Part shown: piece by piece, positions 26,801 to 38,040 of the stretch
Layout: each line of letters begins with the position of its first letter
Position numbering within the stretch: position 1 is the first letter of the stretch
NCBI GenBank assembly: GCA_905178155.1
Contig: CAJINV010000005.1
Coordinates: 5,917,754 to 5,981,753, forward strand
DNA: 64,000 nucleotides
Origin: Amoebophrya sp. A120
Lineage: Eukaryota > Protista > Dinoflagellata
Reading direction: 5' to 3'
Notes under the pieces: model-generated
Databases searched by the model: none
The model's input: only the letters and a program-made list of their open reading frames with translations
What the model was told of the DNA's origin: nothing
Program-made: the position numbers and the translations under genes

Positions 26801-28024
26801 CGATTTTTGATGAACTTCTGCGATTTTCCTTGTCTAATGTTTCCCATGGTGCCTAAATCGGATGCATTCGTGTTCATCTGAAACAGCGTTTTATTCACAC
26901 AGTAGACGAAAATCTGCTCCCCAACAAACGGCAGGTCGCGGTTGAAGTACTCCGCCCGGCCCTTTGACTTCTCGATGCAGCGCCGGCTGGTCAGCTTGTC
27001 CAACCGTTCCGCGGTAATGTCCGGAAAGACGGGCACACGGGTCTGGGTTTCCAACCCGTCCAGGTTTTCCAGACCAAAGGTGTCGAAACAGGCCTCGAGT
27101 TGCTGCATGTCCAGGTCTATGAATTGAAAGAGTATCGCACTCGTATAAATGCATTACAAATTTCCACCTCGGCGTGAAAAATAAAATCTGTAATGCAGAT
27201 TTGCCTTAAGAACAAGATTTGTAATGCATGATTGCGATACGAGTACGATACTTTTACACAGGATAAGGTCGTCAAGCTTGAAATCTGCGTACGGGTCATT
27301 CTCGTCGACATGGAATTGATCTTGCTGCTTTTCGTTCTTCTGTGGTTTTGCCATGCTGGTCGCTCCTGTGGCCACATTCATATCCGCAGAAAAAAACCCA
27401 TCCCCATCCATTTTTTGCATGACAAACAAAAGTTTTACACGTGTTCTGCATGACAAAGTGGATGGAGATATTTTTTTTTTTTTCCGTGGATAATTTATGT
27501 TGTGATCCTCCAGTATGATCTTGTCAGCTTTCTCGAACTTGTCCTTCTTCCCCTTGAAGAAGAATTGTATGCAGTTTGAAAACACGACACATTCATTATC
27601 GCGATAAGCGGCCTCATCTACCCTTCTACGCCGGTTTCTTCAACATCGCATCATTCAGAAGAACAACGCGCACAAAGATGACAAACTCAAACGGCATAAA
27701 AAATTCTCCAAAAAGCGACAGCACGCCTCCTGTGGTCATGCAATAGTGCGCCATCTTCTATACATAATTTTTTACTTGCCACCACTGCTGTAGTATCTCT
27801 GTAGTGTGGTTGCACTTTTTCGCGGCATCGACGTGTCTTGACTGCAGGATACTCTTGTCGTTCATTTTGTCTTCCATCCTGTAATCATCCTCTTTGGTTC
27901 CACCCGCAACGGCGCCGCTGGCGGGCTCGTCGACATCATCATCCTCATAGTCGTCATCCAGATCCAAGTCCAGGAAATTCTCATCCCGCTTGGCGGACGA
28001 CATCTTAGCTTTGCGCGGCGGCAT
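17801..28024 (-). CDS. Large (roughly 2,300 aa) putative nuclear protein with a Tudor/Agenet-like segment and Gln/Pro/Met-rich C-terminus; split by 8 introners and at least 1 GT-AG intron
   Basis: Seven ORF fragments chain in frame: KLDD|LDMQQ, TMGN|MNTN, QLY|AHRFW, KFHV|PKIL, GLHV|IDPC, MIPK|KKQY, MTVQ|QQQP. FVGEQIFVY...GWYQCVVENVTENLLYVKW resembles a Tudor barrel. Linkage of the first exon (27758..28024) is inferred. Confidence 0.75.
18299..18455. mobile_element. Introner family C
   Basis: TAT..ATA ends, IR core aaatttcc(t/c)gtaca(c/t)gtaca; perfect TSD tgctg; removing 162 nt keeps frame. Confidence 0.85.
19016..19287. mobile_element. Introner family B
   Basis: Perfect TSD ttctt; removing 277 nt equals the ORF frame offset. 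Confidence 0.9.
20629..20863. mobile_element. Introner (family D-like)
   Basis: TAT..ATA ends, imperfect IR; flanks tcacg/ccaca; removing 240 nt keeps frame. Confidence 0.75.
21256..21520. mobile_element. Introner family B
   Basis: IR tatcaaatgcaaaa(g/a)tgtctgggtctggaa; flanks cgtgg/cgtga; removing 270 nt keeps frame. Confidence 0.9.
22502..22654. mobile_element. Introner family A (~135-153 bp)
   Basis: IR tatNNNNtgcaaaagtatcgtact; flanks tgcgt/cgcgt; removing 158 nt equals the frame offset. Confidence 0.9.
24981..26837. mobile_element. 1.86-kb foldback element (~700-bp arms) interrupting a coding exon; putative giant introner
   Basis: Ends ttagacaaggaaaatcgcagaagttcatcaaaaatcga / tcgatttttgatgaacttctgcgattttccttgtctaa; TSD tgttt; removing 1862 nt restores DLGTMGN|MNTNRMRF. 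Confidence 0.9.
27118..27265. mobile_element. Introner family A
   Basis: Perfect TSD aggtc; removing 153 nt keeps frame and removes a stop codon. Confidence 0.9.
27381..27492. mobile_element. Introner family E (stop-free, 3n length)
   Basis: IR tatcc(g/a)c(a/g)gaaaaaaa; flanks attca/attta; 117 nt; interior similar to 55615-55746. Confidence 0.8.
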
Positions 28025-28488
28025 GATTTTTGTTTACGTCTACTTCTACGTGGATACTTCTAAATAAGTACTACCGGCACCAGGAGCAAAAACTACTGAG
28101 CCGCTCTTTTCCTCCTTAATAAAACTGTGTTGCTGCATAGCCGACGGCTAGTGTGAGAGTGGGTAAGGATAATCAGGCAGAGAGCCGAGCGGTTTTCGCT
28201 TTCGAAACCGATGCTTTGACCACAGATAAACTGATGAATCTTCTTAGGGTACAAGTACAACTAGTATACGTTTGTCTTGACTGCCGGGACAACAAGAATT
28301 TGCAATTAGTATCAATATATTTAATCTGGAAATCTATTTATGCTGTAGGTATAGGTACAGTGAGTCTTGCGCTTGGAGTCGTTGCGTCAACGCATTATAG
28401 CAACTCAACCACATGAAAGATACAGCTTTAGTTTCTCGTCCGCTAGCATGTGGCACCGTCAACAAGAAAGCAAGTTTAGATCATCATC

Positions 28489-29219
28489 TCATCTCGTCTT
28501 TCCGAGACCAACACACGACCTCTCTCCGGCGCAGTACACAATCTTCTCGGAACTTGTTTCAACTTCTTTCACAACTCCGTTCTGTGCTGACGCATCTTGA
28601 ACTTGATGATGGAAATTGAAGATATTCACGTCCATCTTCAGTGCCTTTCGTTCTTCTTCACCACCTTTGCAGCTGCAGTTCCCACAATTCAATGCTGCGC
28701 CCAGTTCGTAGCTTGACAAGGACGTTCCTCTTGTCCACGTCCACCTCCGTGCACCGTGAAGAAATATTACTTAAACATGACTCGAACTACCAAAGAGCCA
28801 CCATATAAAGAACAACGCCACGACATAAATCAGTGGCCGTCCCCCGCAGCACCGCAAAACAGAAAAAGTTCTGCCGAGAAATTGCCTGGTAGCTGTTATT
28901 TCTTTCGTTGTATTTTTGCTTACTTTCGATGCTTATCATCATCAAATGCAGCAATCTAGATGATTGTCGCTTGTTGCACTATCCTGGTACGAGTTCTTTT
29001 CGTCGCGGCGGCGGCGCACGCAACAACTCTCATAACTCCAACTGCTTGCGCTTCCTGTCTTCGTTCTAGGGTGTAGCTCGTTCCAGCATTGCCGTTAATG
29101 CGAGGTGCAGAAGCAGATCCCGTGATCATTTTTGGGATTTTGAAAGCAGCAGCTCCTGCACAGCTGGGCTTGTTTCCCTGTTCAACTTCGTTGCTCTTTG
29201 GGTTTGCAATCAAATACAC
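28489..29219 (-). CDS. Possible exon fragments of a hypothetical protein
   Basis: Two short minus-strand ORFs with coding-like composition; no splice model established. Confidence 0.3.
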
Positions 29220-30006
29220 CTGCGTAGCTGCAAGTGATATACAGCTACTTCTACTTCTGCACTACTAGCTCATCGTCATCTTCACTTGACAGGGGCAGGG
29301 CAGCTGCTCCATCGTTGTGCGATGCGTAGCTCCTTGAAGTCGCGTAATTCTAATTTACGGGGGGTAGGCGGGGAGGGAAACGAGTTGTCGTTGTGAAAAT
29401 GGTAAGTCAGAGAGTTGGAAAATTCTTTTGCTCCTGCGTTTCACTAGATGATCAAAACAACTTCCTTGAATTTTGAAAAAATAGCCGACTGTAGCTAATT
29501 ACTTTCTTCCCTAGAAAAAACTCCTCGTGGTCACGTAGTAACTTCTAGTGCCGTCGGCTGCTAAAGATCTGCATTTATTTGCACCCTTTGGAAACTCTGA
29601 TAAAACGGGCGACGACAAGCAACGTTGATAGAAGTTCTTCTTCGAGAAGCAAGCAATTCGCCGAGCAGGTTACCTTGAAGATAAATAATGGGTCGCTTGG
29701 GAGGTCGTGGGGATGTTGAGGGGGGATGGACTCGCAGTACTAGCAAGAAAACAGTAGGAGCAGGGGCGATTTTTACGGTATTTTTGAGTAGTAGCGCAAC
29801 TCAGAATTTATGGAGCCATATTCTCTAGATGTTCCATTGGGCGGAAAACTACAACAGACTACAACAGCAGAGCCAGAAGCTGGTCGTGTCTACGGCAACG
29901 TAAGCCCGACAAAGCGACGAGAAGATTATATTTCGTTTTCGGGTACGTACAAGTAGTGAGTCAAGACAGGTGGAGAGCAGGACTGCAGCAGCAGGAGGTG
30001 GTCCGC

Positions 30007-32645
30007 CTATCCTCCACCGCCATCCAGCACTCCCCCGCCGTCGTCGTTGGCGTCGTCGTCTGGGTTAAAATGCGGCCCTACGACAAACCCGCAGAGAGGG
30101 CACTTATTTTGGTGCCCCAAGAGCCACTGGTCTACACACGCGACGTGGAACGTGTGACCTGACAGATTTTGATGTTCTAATTTAACTAAGAGATGGTCGT
30201 GTCGTTCAATAACATCCGACTGCATGATTTTCTTGTCGTGCTCCAGAACAACTCCCCAGACACGTTGCCGAGACAAAAATCTTCTGTTGTGCAGAAAAAA
30301 AAACTTAGCATCCCGATCTTCTTCTCTTTCTTGTAGATAAGCATGATAAAAAAGCAACCAACTATACCGCATTTTAGTCTGCGTATATTTTCTCCTTTCG
30401 AATATGGCCCGTAACATATTGCGCAGTCCGCCTCGTCGTCGTCCTGCTTGTTTTCCTCTGCCTTGGTAGTTCCACTATCGTCTGAAGACGCGCTAGCTGC
30501 AGCGACTGCTTTTGCGCTCCATCTCATGAACTGGTCCGTGAACCGCATTTGCGTCTCCCACAGGAACCGGGTGGTGTACCTAATGTGATGATGAATTTCG
30601 CATGCAGTTTTTCGCATCAGAGCGGGCACGGGCTTCTGTCATGCATAAATCCCAAACCCAAATCATTATCATAAAAAAATACTTGTTGACGACGTCTTTC
30701 GGTATGCCCCGCATCAGATCGCAGTGCATCAAGTAGTAAAAGAGCGAGACGCAGAGCAATCGGTGCACGATCAGCGAGATGACGTTTAGCACGCAGTGGC
30801 GCCACAGTGCCGCCGAATACCCCATGGCGGGCAACGTGGGCATCAGGAGGGTCACCATCGCTATACCCATATGAGAGTGTCAGAATTGAAATCGTCAAAG
30901 TTGAAATAGTTTGTGATGCATAAAATGCGAGACGCAAAGGGCCTGTCTTGCAGAGCAGGCAAGTGAGGCCGATTATAAGCCTGTTTGGGGTTTAAGAAGA
31001 TAGAGCTGCTAAAATACCAGCATGACAAAAGGAGTCTTCTCTGGTCAAACAGCATGACAAATTGGATTTCCATGCTCCCAAAATTTGTCATGCGCCACTT
31101 GCAAACTGGGCCTCAGCTTGTATCGCTTTTCTGCATTACAGATTATTTCAACTTTGACGATTTCGGTCCTGACGCTTCCATAACCCAGCAGCCAGGCGTA
31201 GTAGAAGGCGAAAAAGATGCGTATCCTGCGGAAAAACCTCCCCACCCCATAGCTGTCATGCAAACCTGCAAGCCTCGCACGTTTGTCATGCAGAGGCCCA
31301 TGAGAAGCATTCTGTAATGCTGTCTGGCAGTCTGTCATGCTATGATCAGCATAAGGGGATCGATTTGTGATGCAGCTACAATAGCTAAACGCGATGACAC
31401 TGCGAGCCCAAACTTGTCATGCGCGACAGCCAAGAGATGCCGGCTTTGTGTAGCCAAATCCCGATCTTGACTATGGGGTGGGGACGTATTTGCATAGGAT
31501 AATCCGCTCCACTTTGGATTGCTTATTGTAGATGTAGAGCAGCCTTCGCGTGACCAACTGCGGCGTCGGCTGGTACCGTGCTTCTATGAATTCCGCGCGG
31601 GTGTGGAACCAGTAGTAGGGCCGGGGCATGGCACAGATGATTCGGAGAATCTGTGGTGGTGTTTTCAATTTTCATTTTGCTCAATGTAAACGAATCTTTA
31701 GCTTGTTTTGTTTTGCTTTTCAATTCTTGCGCCGTGGAATTATGTCTATGTGGTCATCGTGATGCTGTGCTTGTGTGGTCATCTTTCTCGGTTGAATGTA
31801 CCAAAGGAGATTCTGATGCAATTATCGCAAGTAGTACATATGAAAATGAACAATTTTTTAGCACTTCTTTGTACCGCGAACCCCCGCAGCAGCGTGTCCA
31901 CCTCGATTTCGCTGTCCCAGTGCTCTACCGTTATCAGCATTTATCAAGCAGAAAAAAGAGTTGGATCTCAGAATGATATGATTCTCATTGCTTGTTACGA
32001 TCCTCTGTAAGAGTTCGTCCGCTTCTAAACTGCGTAGGGTTCTCCACTGTTCGCATGACAAAGACAAAGTCGTCCTTTTTCAGAACGCTGCTCGTCTTTC
32101 CAAATATAAAGCCGAAGACGATGTGCCCGTCCTGTGTTGCGCTTGAGCACCGTCTTTTTTGCAAAGAGGAACCACCAATTTATTATCTGTGATGCGCTAG
32201 CACAAGTAGAACTACAGAAGTATCATCTTTTGTATCGGACAAGAAGTCGTGACAAGCGCTCAAGAGTCAGGTCATCTCCTCTCAACCACCCTTTTTCTCC
32301 CCCGGATAAGATGCAATGCGCTACTAGGATGTAGGAGCACACCACCCCGATTTCGATGCCCCGTCGCATCACAATCGCAGACTCATGCGGAAAATCTCCG
32401 AACATCTGCGCCGTTGAGTGCTGGTTCGCATTTCGGTTCATGTTATTTCTCGCATTGTTATTTCTCGCGTTGTTATTGTTATTGTTGTTGTTTGCACCTC
32501 CCGCTCCCGGAGGGGCTGCCGCGGGGGCTGCTGCTCCTGCTATTGGAGCCAGCTCCACTTGGTCTGCGAGTCCACCTCCGACAGGACCGCCTGCTGCTCC
32601 ACCTGGCGCGGGCGGTACGTCGGCGGGAGGGGCGGCGGCGGCCAT
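30007..32645 (-). CDS. Membrane-associated RING-H2 E3 ubiquitin ligase, 7 exons
   Basis: CAIC-x13-CG|HTFHVACVDQWLLGHQNKCPLC after GT-AG intron 30159-30367. Further GT-AG introns at 30580-30682 and 31651-31874, plus three introners. Hydrophobic segments such as RIFFAFYYAWLLGIAMVTLLM. Confidence 0.85.
30870..31182. mobile_element. Introner with ~60-bp IR
   Basis: IR core gaaatcgtcaaagttgaaata; perfect TSD accca; removing 318 nt gives WLLG|IAMV. Confidence 0.9.
31222..31501. mobile_element. Introner
   Basis: IR tatcct...ccccaccccatag; flanks atgcg/atccg; removing 285 nt gives KVERI|FFAF. Confidence 0.85.
31942..32308. mobile_element. Decayed introner
   Basis: TAT..ATA ends with weak IR and degenerate flanks; removing 372 nt gives VAHCI|LITVEHWD. 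Confidence 0.55.
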
Positions 32646-33769
32646 GGTGGTGGTCTTCGCAGCTAGTACAGGTTGATGCTCTAGTGGTCTCGATGTTCCG
32701 GCGAGGAGAGCAACAAAATCAGCGACAACTGCTCGCGAATGTGAGGAGAACGGGCTCCTCTTGCAGCTGCACTGCGGGTGCTCTAAATTCTATCCTCGTC
32801 GACGTGCTGCTAGATAACTGTAATTCCGTCTTCAAAAAAAACCGTTCTACTCGTGGGGATCGGCGGAGCTGCGATGTTGCGCTACCAGAAGACCAGTTGA
32901 TGTGAGCCGTTGTCGTTGTACACAACTCAACTACTCTTTCCGGAAAGGGATGCAAATATCGCACTCGGGGGCGATGTGGTTTGAGTGGCTTTTTTTTGTT
33001 GAATTTGGATTCAGAAGGTATCTTTCATCCACCCCATTCCGCCTTTCGCTTTCCTACGATTGTTTGCTGAGAGGCTGACTTGTGTTTCCAATTTGCTATC
33101 GTCTTGCTCAGATTCAGCGTTCACGGAGGTAACTGCAATAGAGCAGGAGCTGAAGGGCAGGTGCTGCAATTGAAGTCGCTAGAAGAAGTCTTCAAGGTGC
33201 TGTCGTCGATATTACACCACTGTCGTGCGGAGCTAAGCGTTAGTATGGTCGTCGCGTTCAGGACCTGCAGCTGCATCAGACCGCAAGGACTATTCTTGCG
33301 GCGGCGTTTCAAAAAATTCGTGCAGAAACAAGTAGTCTAGTGCAAGAAAGTCGAGCTCCGGGTGGTCAATGTTGTGTTGATCATGCGCGGTCGTCCCGGC
33401 TGCAGCAGCTGCTCCTCTTAGAGATTTTTACGTCGTCCGCTACCAAAAGCCCCGACAAGCAGAGGCTGGTGGTGCGGGCTTCTAGCACCTGACTGAGGCC
33501 ACCTAGTAGCTGCAACACGACAAGAAAGATCAGGGTGGCCGCCCTGGTCGCTGCCCTGGTCACTACAGGTGGCAGCTGTAGTCCGTGCACCAGTCATACA
33601 TCATTGTTTGAGCTCAGACACAGTTGCAATCCTTATTCCCTGTACAATTTCAACCCGAAGCTATTTCTACATAATTTTGGCGAGGTGATGAACAATAACC
33701 AGAAAAAAATTGATGCGTGCCAGCTGATCATCACTTTTTTAGCAATATCTTCCGAGTGTGTTCTCGTAG

Positions 33770-36700
33770 TTATAATTCACTCTGAAAGAGCGGGTAGCGG
33801 ACGAGGGGAATCGTGCAAAAATGGTATAGTGTGCAATCTTCTAAATAGTATACAACACATTTTTGAAAATCATCCGTGCGGGAGTATCGTGGTTTCGTGA
33901 GAAGGCCGAAAAAGGCCTGATAGAACGGCCCTGTTATTGCAGAATCGAAATCGAGATCGACACGAAGAATCTGTATGATAGAGCTGCATCTTCGGCAGGA
34001 GCTCTTCGTTAATATTTTCAAAACGACCCTCGAGCATTGCTCTTACCCTCTTGATGGCATCTTCAAATTGGTACCGTTATAATTGTCGAGTGACACTACA
34101 ATGTAATAGACGTGCAGTTGTTTCTCACCGTAGTTGTCTCCTCTTGATTTCATCGCAGAAAAATCAAAATGGCAGATCGGACCGACAGAAATCGAAAACC
34201 GATGTTGCTGAAAATGTTCTGAAGTTGAAGTAGCTCGTCGTGATACTGCAGTACCGTACTAAAACGACCCGTGTGCGAGCGGGACAGGAAAGAGAGTTGT
34301 TTTTCTTGCGAAAATCATTTTCGTTGTTCCGTGTAGTGTTTTCGTCGAAAAAGTAGCATGCTCGCGCTGCTGGTAGTCTTCAACAGATTTGTGTCCTGTG
34401 GTCAACGAGCAAGAACACATTAGAAGTGTCATCAGGATCATCTAATTCATCTGGTGCAGATTCGTTTTTATTTTTTGCACTTGTTTTGTTTGAAGACATT
34501 TTGCCTTGCAAGAAAGCTTTTTTGATCTAAGTACCTTGTGATGTCGTGTTGAACTCAATGATGCCACATCGCAGAGGACGGAGGTTCCAGTGGTTCATCT
34601 ATGAAAGCCTCCCAATTTGATGCTAGTAACGAGGCTGGTCGTCACGACGAGTACACAAGAAGCAATTTTCACGTCTCCGAGTCGCTTTCGGCGTCCGAGT
34701 CTCCCCGTACGGCAAGTGGTATGGCTCCGTGCAAGATTTTGCCCGCGAACACCTAGAGTTGAAGAAATTTGTGTCATGCAGAAACACGACATCAAAGTTG
34801 ACTTTGCACATTCTCATGATTCCTGTAGCTCGTGCATGACATAAAGAAGATCAAAGATCAAGATGATCAAGCATTACACTACTGAAGATGATGATGAACA
34901 AAGAAACTAAAGAATCGACTTTTATACCACCCTGACATCGTAGTCTCGACATTCCAGTGCTGGCGGCACTTTGATGCAAAGCTTCTTGCCCTTTTTTATC
35001 CCTGACGGCTTCAAGGTCAACTGTGTACAGGAAATGCAGGGACAAAAATCTTCTTGTTCCAGTTCAGATGTTCATGTTTTATTTTTCGGTCGATTCTTGT
35101 TCAGGCGAATAATTTAGTTTAACGTACTACTCTTGCAAAATAAGTCGCATTACACCCACGACCAGCGACCAGGTTCATCTGCAAAAACAAAAGCTTAACT
35201 CAAGTAAGATCAAGAAAAGATTTTTCCAACCATAACTGAGCTTCCGCCAACCAGAAGTATCTCCACTTGGTTCCACCTAAAAAGCGTGTTGATCAAAGAG
35301 ATGAAGCTTTTTGTATCGCAAAGTCACAATCATGGCTGGATCAAAAATACCTATGAGCATCGTCAGACACCACAGGTACAAAGAACATGAGTAGGAAAAA
35401 AAAAAACCAAAAAAGGTAATGCTCACATAGTAGAGGACGACCAGCTTATTTCGCTTACCATTGCTCTGGTATCTCCTTCCGCAGACCTATCACCAAAGCT
35501 ATCCAACGAAAAAGAGGAAGTTTAGTCAAGCATAGCTGAGCTTTACAGAAGTGCATCGTATCGGACGATTTGCATCACAGTTTTCGGTTTCTTTGTTCAA
35601 AAGCAATCGCACTTACGAGCCCTAATAAAGGCTTGTGGGTACTCAACCTTCAGACAAACTTCAACTTTTATCGTGCAATTGCTCTTGTCTCAAAATTGCA
35701 AATCAGCCCCTGCGTGACTCATACAATGATTTTCACCATCTGATACCCGTTCCACCCGTGGCTGTCGGCACCTCTTGTGGCTTTATGTAGAGCAGTATGC
35801 AATACAAATAATTTCCCGCATATGCAAAAGATGCATCACAACTAAATTTCGCCAATTTTTTGGAGTGCGACACTTGTCATGATAACTACGATCGAAGGCA
35901 ATCTTTATTTTTGTCATGCAGAAAGCTCATTTGTACTTGGACATGTACGGGAAATTTACTGCGGATAAGCAGCCGCTGTCCGTCGGAACTTGAGATGGAC
36001 TTATTCAGCAGCCCGCCACCGGCGTTCATGCTACCCAGACTGGTAGTATCAACGGGGAAAAACGCTAGCTCTATTGATGCTTGATTTTGCATGACGATGG
36101 TTTGCGTCTTCTTTCAATCTTTTCGTTCTTTTGCTTTCGGCATGACAAACTTGAGTCATATGCTAGCTTTTTTCCCTTCACGATAGGCAGCGCTCGGAGT
36201 TCCTGGTTGTGGTGCGCCACCTGGCGGCCCACCTCCGAACTGCCCACCACCGACCGACCCGCTTCTTTGCGTGCTTGCCCGTGACCAGATGCTAGGAACC
36301 GAACCGACGTCAGACCCACACTCCCAAGACCATCCGAAAATGTCGGAAAAGGGTGTGCTGCATGCACTGCAAAAGGCTTCTTTCGTATCGTCTACGCAAG
36401 TACTACAGCACTACAACAACTACAGATAGAGTGACTGATACTGGTTCCAACAACTACCGCATGACCAAACAATAAATGGCTTTGTGTTACTCCTCGCTCC
36501 TAAGTACTGCAAGTCGGTGAAATGTAAAAGACGCTTTCATTGCAGTGCGTATCTTGTTATGAACTGCAAAAGTATCGTACTCGTATAAATGCATTACAAA
36601 TTTTCTCAGCATGAGAAATAAAATTTGTAATGCTGATTTGCCTTGACAAAGAAATTTGTAATGCAAGACCTGCATTTATACGAGTACGATGCTTTTGCAT

Positions 36701-38040
36701 TTCGTACTTGTTTTGGTTTATCGGGTTCATCTGCAGGTGCCATCACACCAAAAAGTGTTAACGTTGACGGAATTTGTAATGCAGGAGCGCATCACAAAAC
36801 ATGGCAAAATTTGTAAATGCATAGCATGCATATTGGGCTACGCTTGTGATGCATGACTGCAATCTGTGAAAACCGTTAACGTTAACACTTTTTCCTGTGA
36901 TAGGTGCGACTGGAGTGGTACCCCTTCTTCTTCGGGGTTTATGCCGGGCAGGGTTGAAGACCCACCGAGAGCCCCAAAGTCGATACTTGGGCTATCACGT
37001 TGAAAAAAAAAGCTCACCCTTCAAATCGAAGCCCAATTTGTGTTGCGGTGTCAGTTACAACTGATATTAGTAGTTGTCGTTACGCGTAAATTTTCCATAC
37101 GGAGGTAAGGATAGCTGACGGTGTTGGGGCTTTGAATGCAAAATGGAGAACAGAGGTATATGTCCCTTTGACACCAATGTTGCCTTGATGCACGACAGGC
37201 TACGACCACCTTGTGACAACTAGAAATGCTGGCTTCGAGTGTTGTGGGTTGTTTTTTTTTTTTTCCTTCTCATACCCGCCCCGCCCCGGGTAAGCCATTG
37301 ATTGGTGCGCGGTAATTGCTATGCATTGCACAAGTATCGTATTCGTAGTATTGCAATACAAATTAGCTCAGCATGACTACAAATGGAATTTCTCACGCTG
37401 ATTTAGCTTAAAAGAGAAATTTGTCTTGCGAGTACGATACTTTTGCACAGGATAATGGCGGGTGTCTGCAGTTTTGGTGTTTGCTGTACCGAGTTCGCCG
37501 AGAACTGCACGGGGTTTGCCACATCTGTGCGTGTCAGCGGAGAGGCGAGAGGAAGATTTGGCGCGTCTGGTGCGGATTGGTGTTGCATGTTGTGTTATGG
37601 AATGTAAAAATGTCCGGGTCCTCTGGAAGATTCTGACACTTGTCATGCACGTTTTGCATGAGCCCTGATGTCTGTGATGCATGCCCGAGCATCACAGATT
37701 TTTCGAGAGCTTCTTGCTCTTGATGCCTATTCCGCATGAAAAATGCCCTCTCCGCGTAGCAAAAATTGCATTCCTTTTGGTACTCATGCAATACAGATTT
37801 TTCTAGAATCCAAATGCAGCATCACAAGTTGCATTCTTCCAGACCCAGATATTTTTACATTTGATACGTGTCCGGCACTTCCGGGAGTTGCTGCTCCACC
37901 GCCCCGGTGCTCCTCGTGCTCGGAGATGGTCAGCATCGCGACTACCAGAACAATCTTGGTGCCCGCAACTACAGCCTGCAGCTATGTGGGCTGCGTTCCC
38001 GTACTAGCAAGCCGGTCGTCCGATTTGTTCTTGTAGTATA
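33770..38040 (-). CDS. Highly fragmented hypothetical gene(s); exon chain only partly resolved
   Basis: Short coding-like segments separated by five introners and GT-AG introns (e.g. 34753-34927); joins such as SAGH|NMQHQS and GQRLL|YIKPQEV are open. Confidence 0.45.
35796..35967. mobile_element. Introner family C, inverted relative to 18299-18455
   Basis: Perfect TSD agcag; the reverse complement aligns along the whole length of 18299-18455. Confidence 0.85.
36558..36706. mobile_element. Introner family A
   Basis: IR tgcaaaag(t/c)atcgtactcgtataaatgca; perfect TSD cttgt. Confidence 0.9.
36741..36902. mobile_element. Introner family D
   Basis: IR (c/t)atcaca..aaaaagtgttaacgtt; perfect TSD ggtgc. 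Confidence 0.85.
37320..37454. mobile_element. Introner family A
   Basis: Family A IR; flanks attgc/atggc. Confidence 0.85.
37596..37866. mobile_element. Introner family B
   Basis: Homologous to 19016-19287 and 21256-21520; flanks tgtgt/cgtgt. Confidence 0.9.

Noticed and set aside
17801-27585. Frameshifted pseudogenes or stop-codon readthrough
   Set aside because: Every frame break coincides with an IR/TSD element whose removal restores the frame
18939-37791. Recurring peptides such as MHHRHQ.SCK, MHLYEYDTFAVH and SNAKMSG as a small protein family
   Set aside because: They are translations of introner DNA from families A and B
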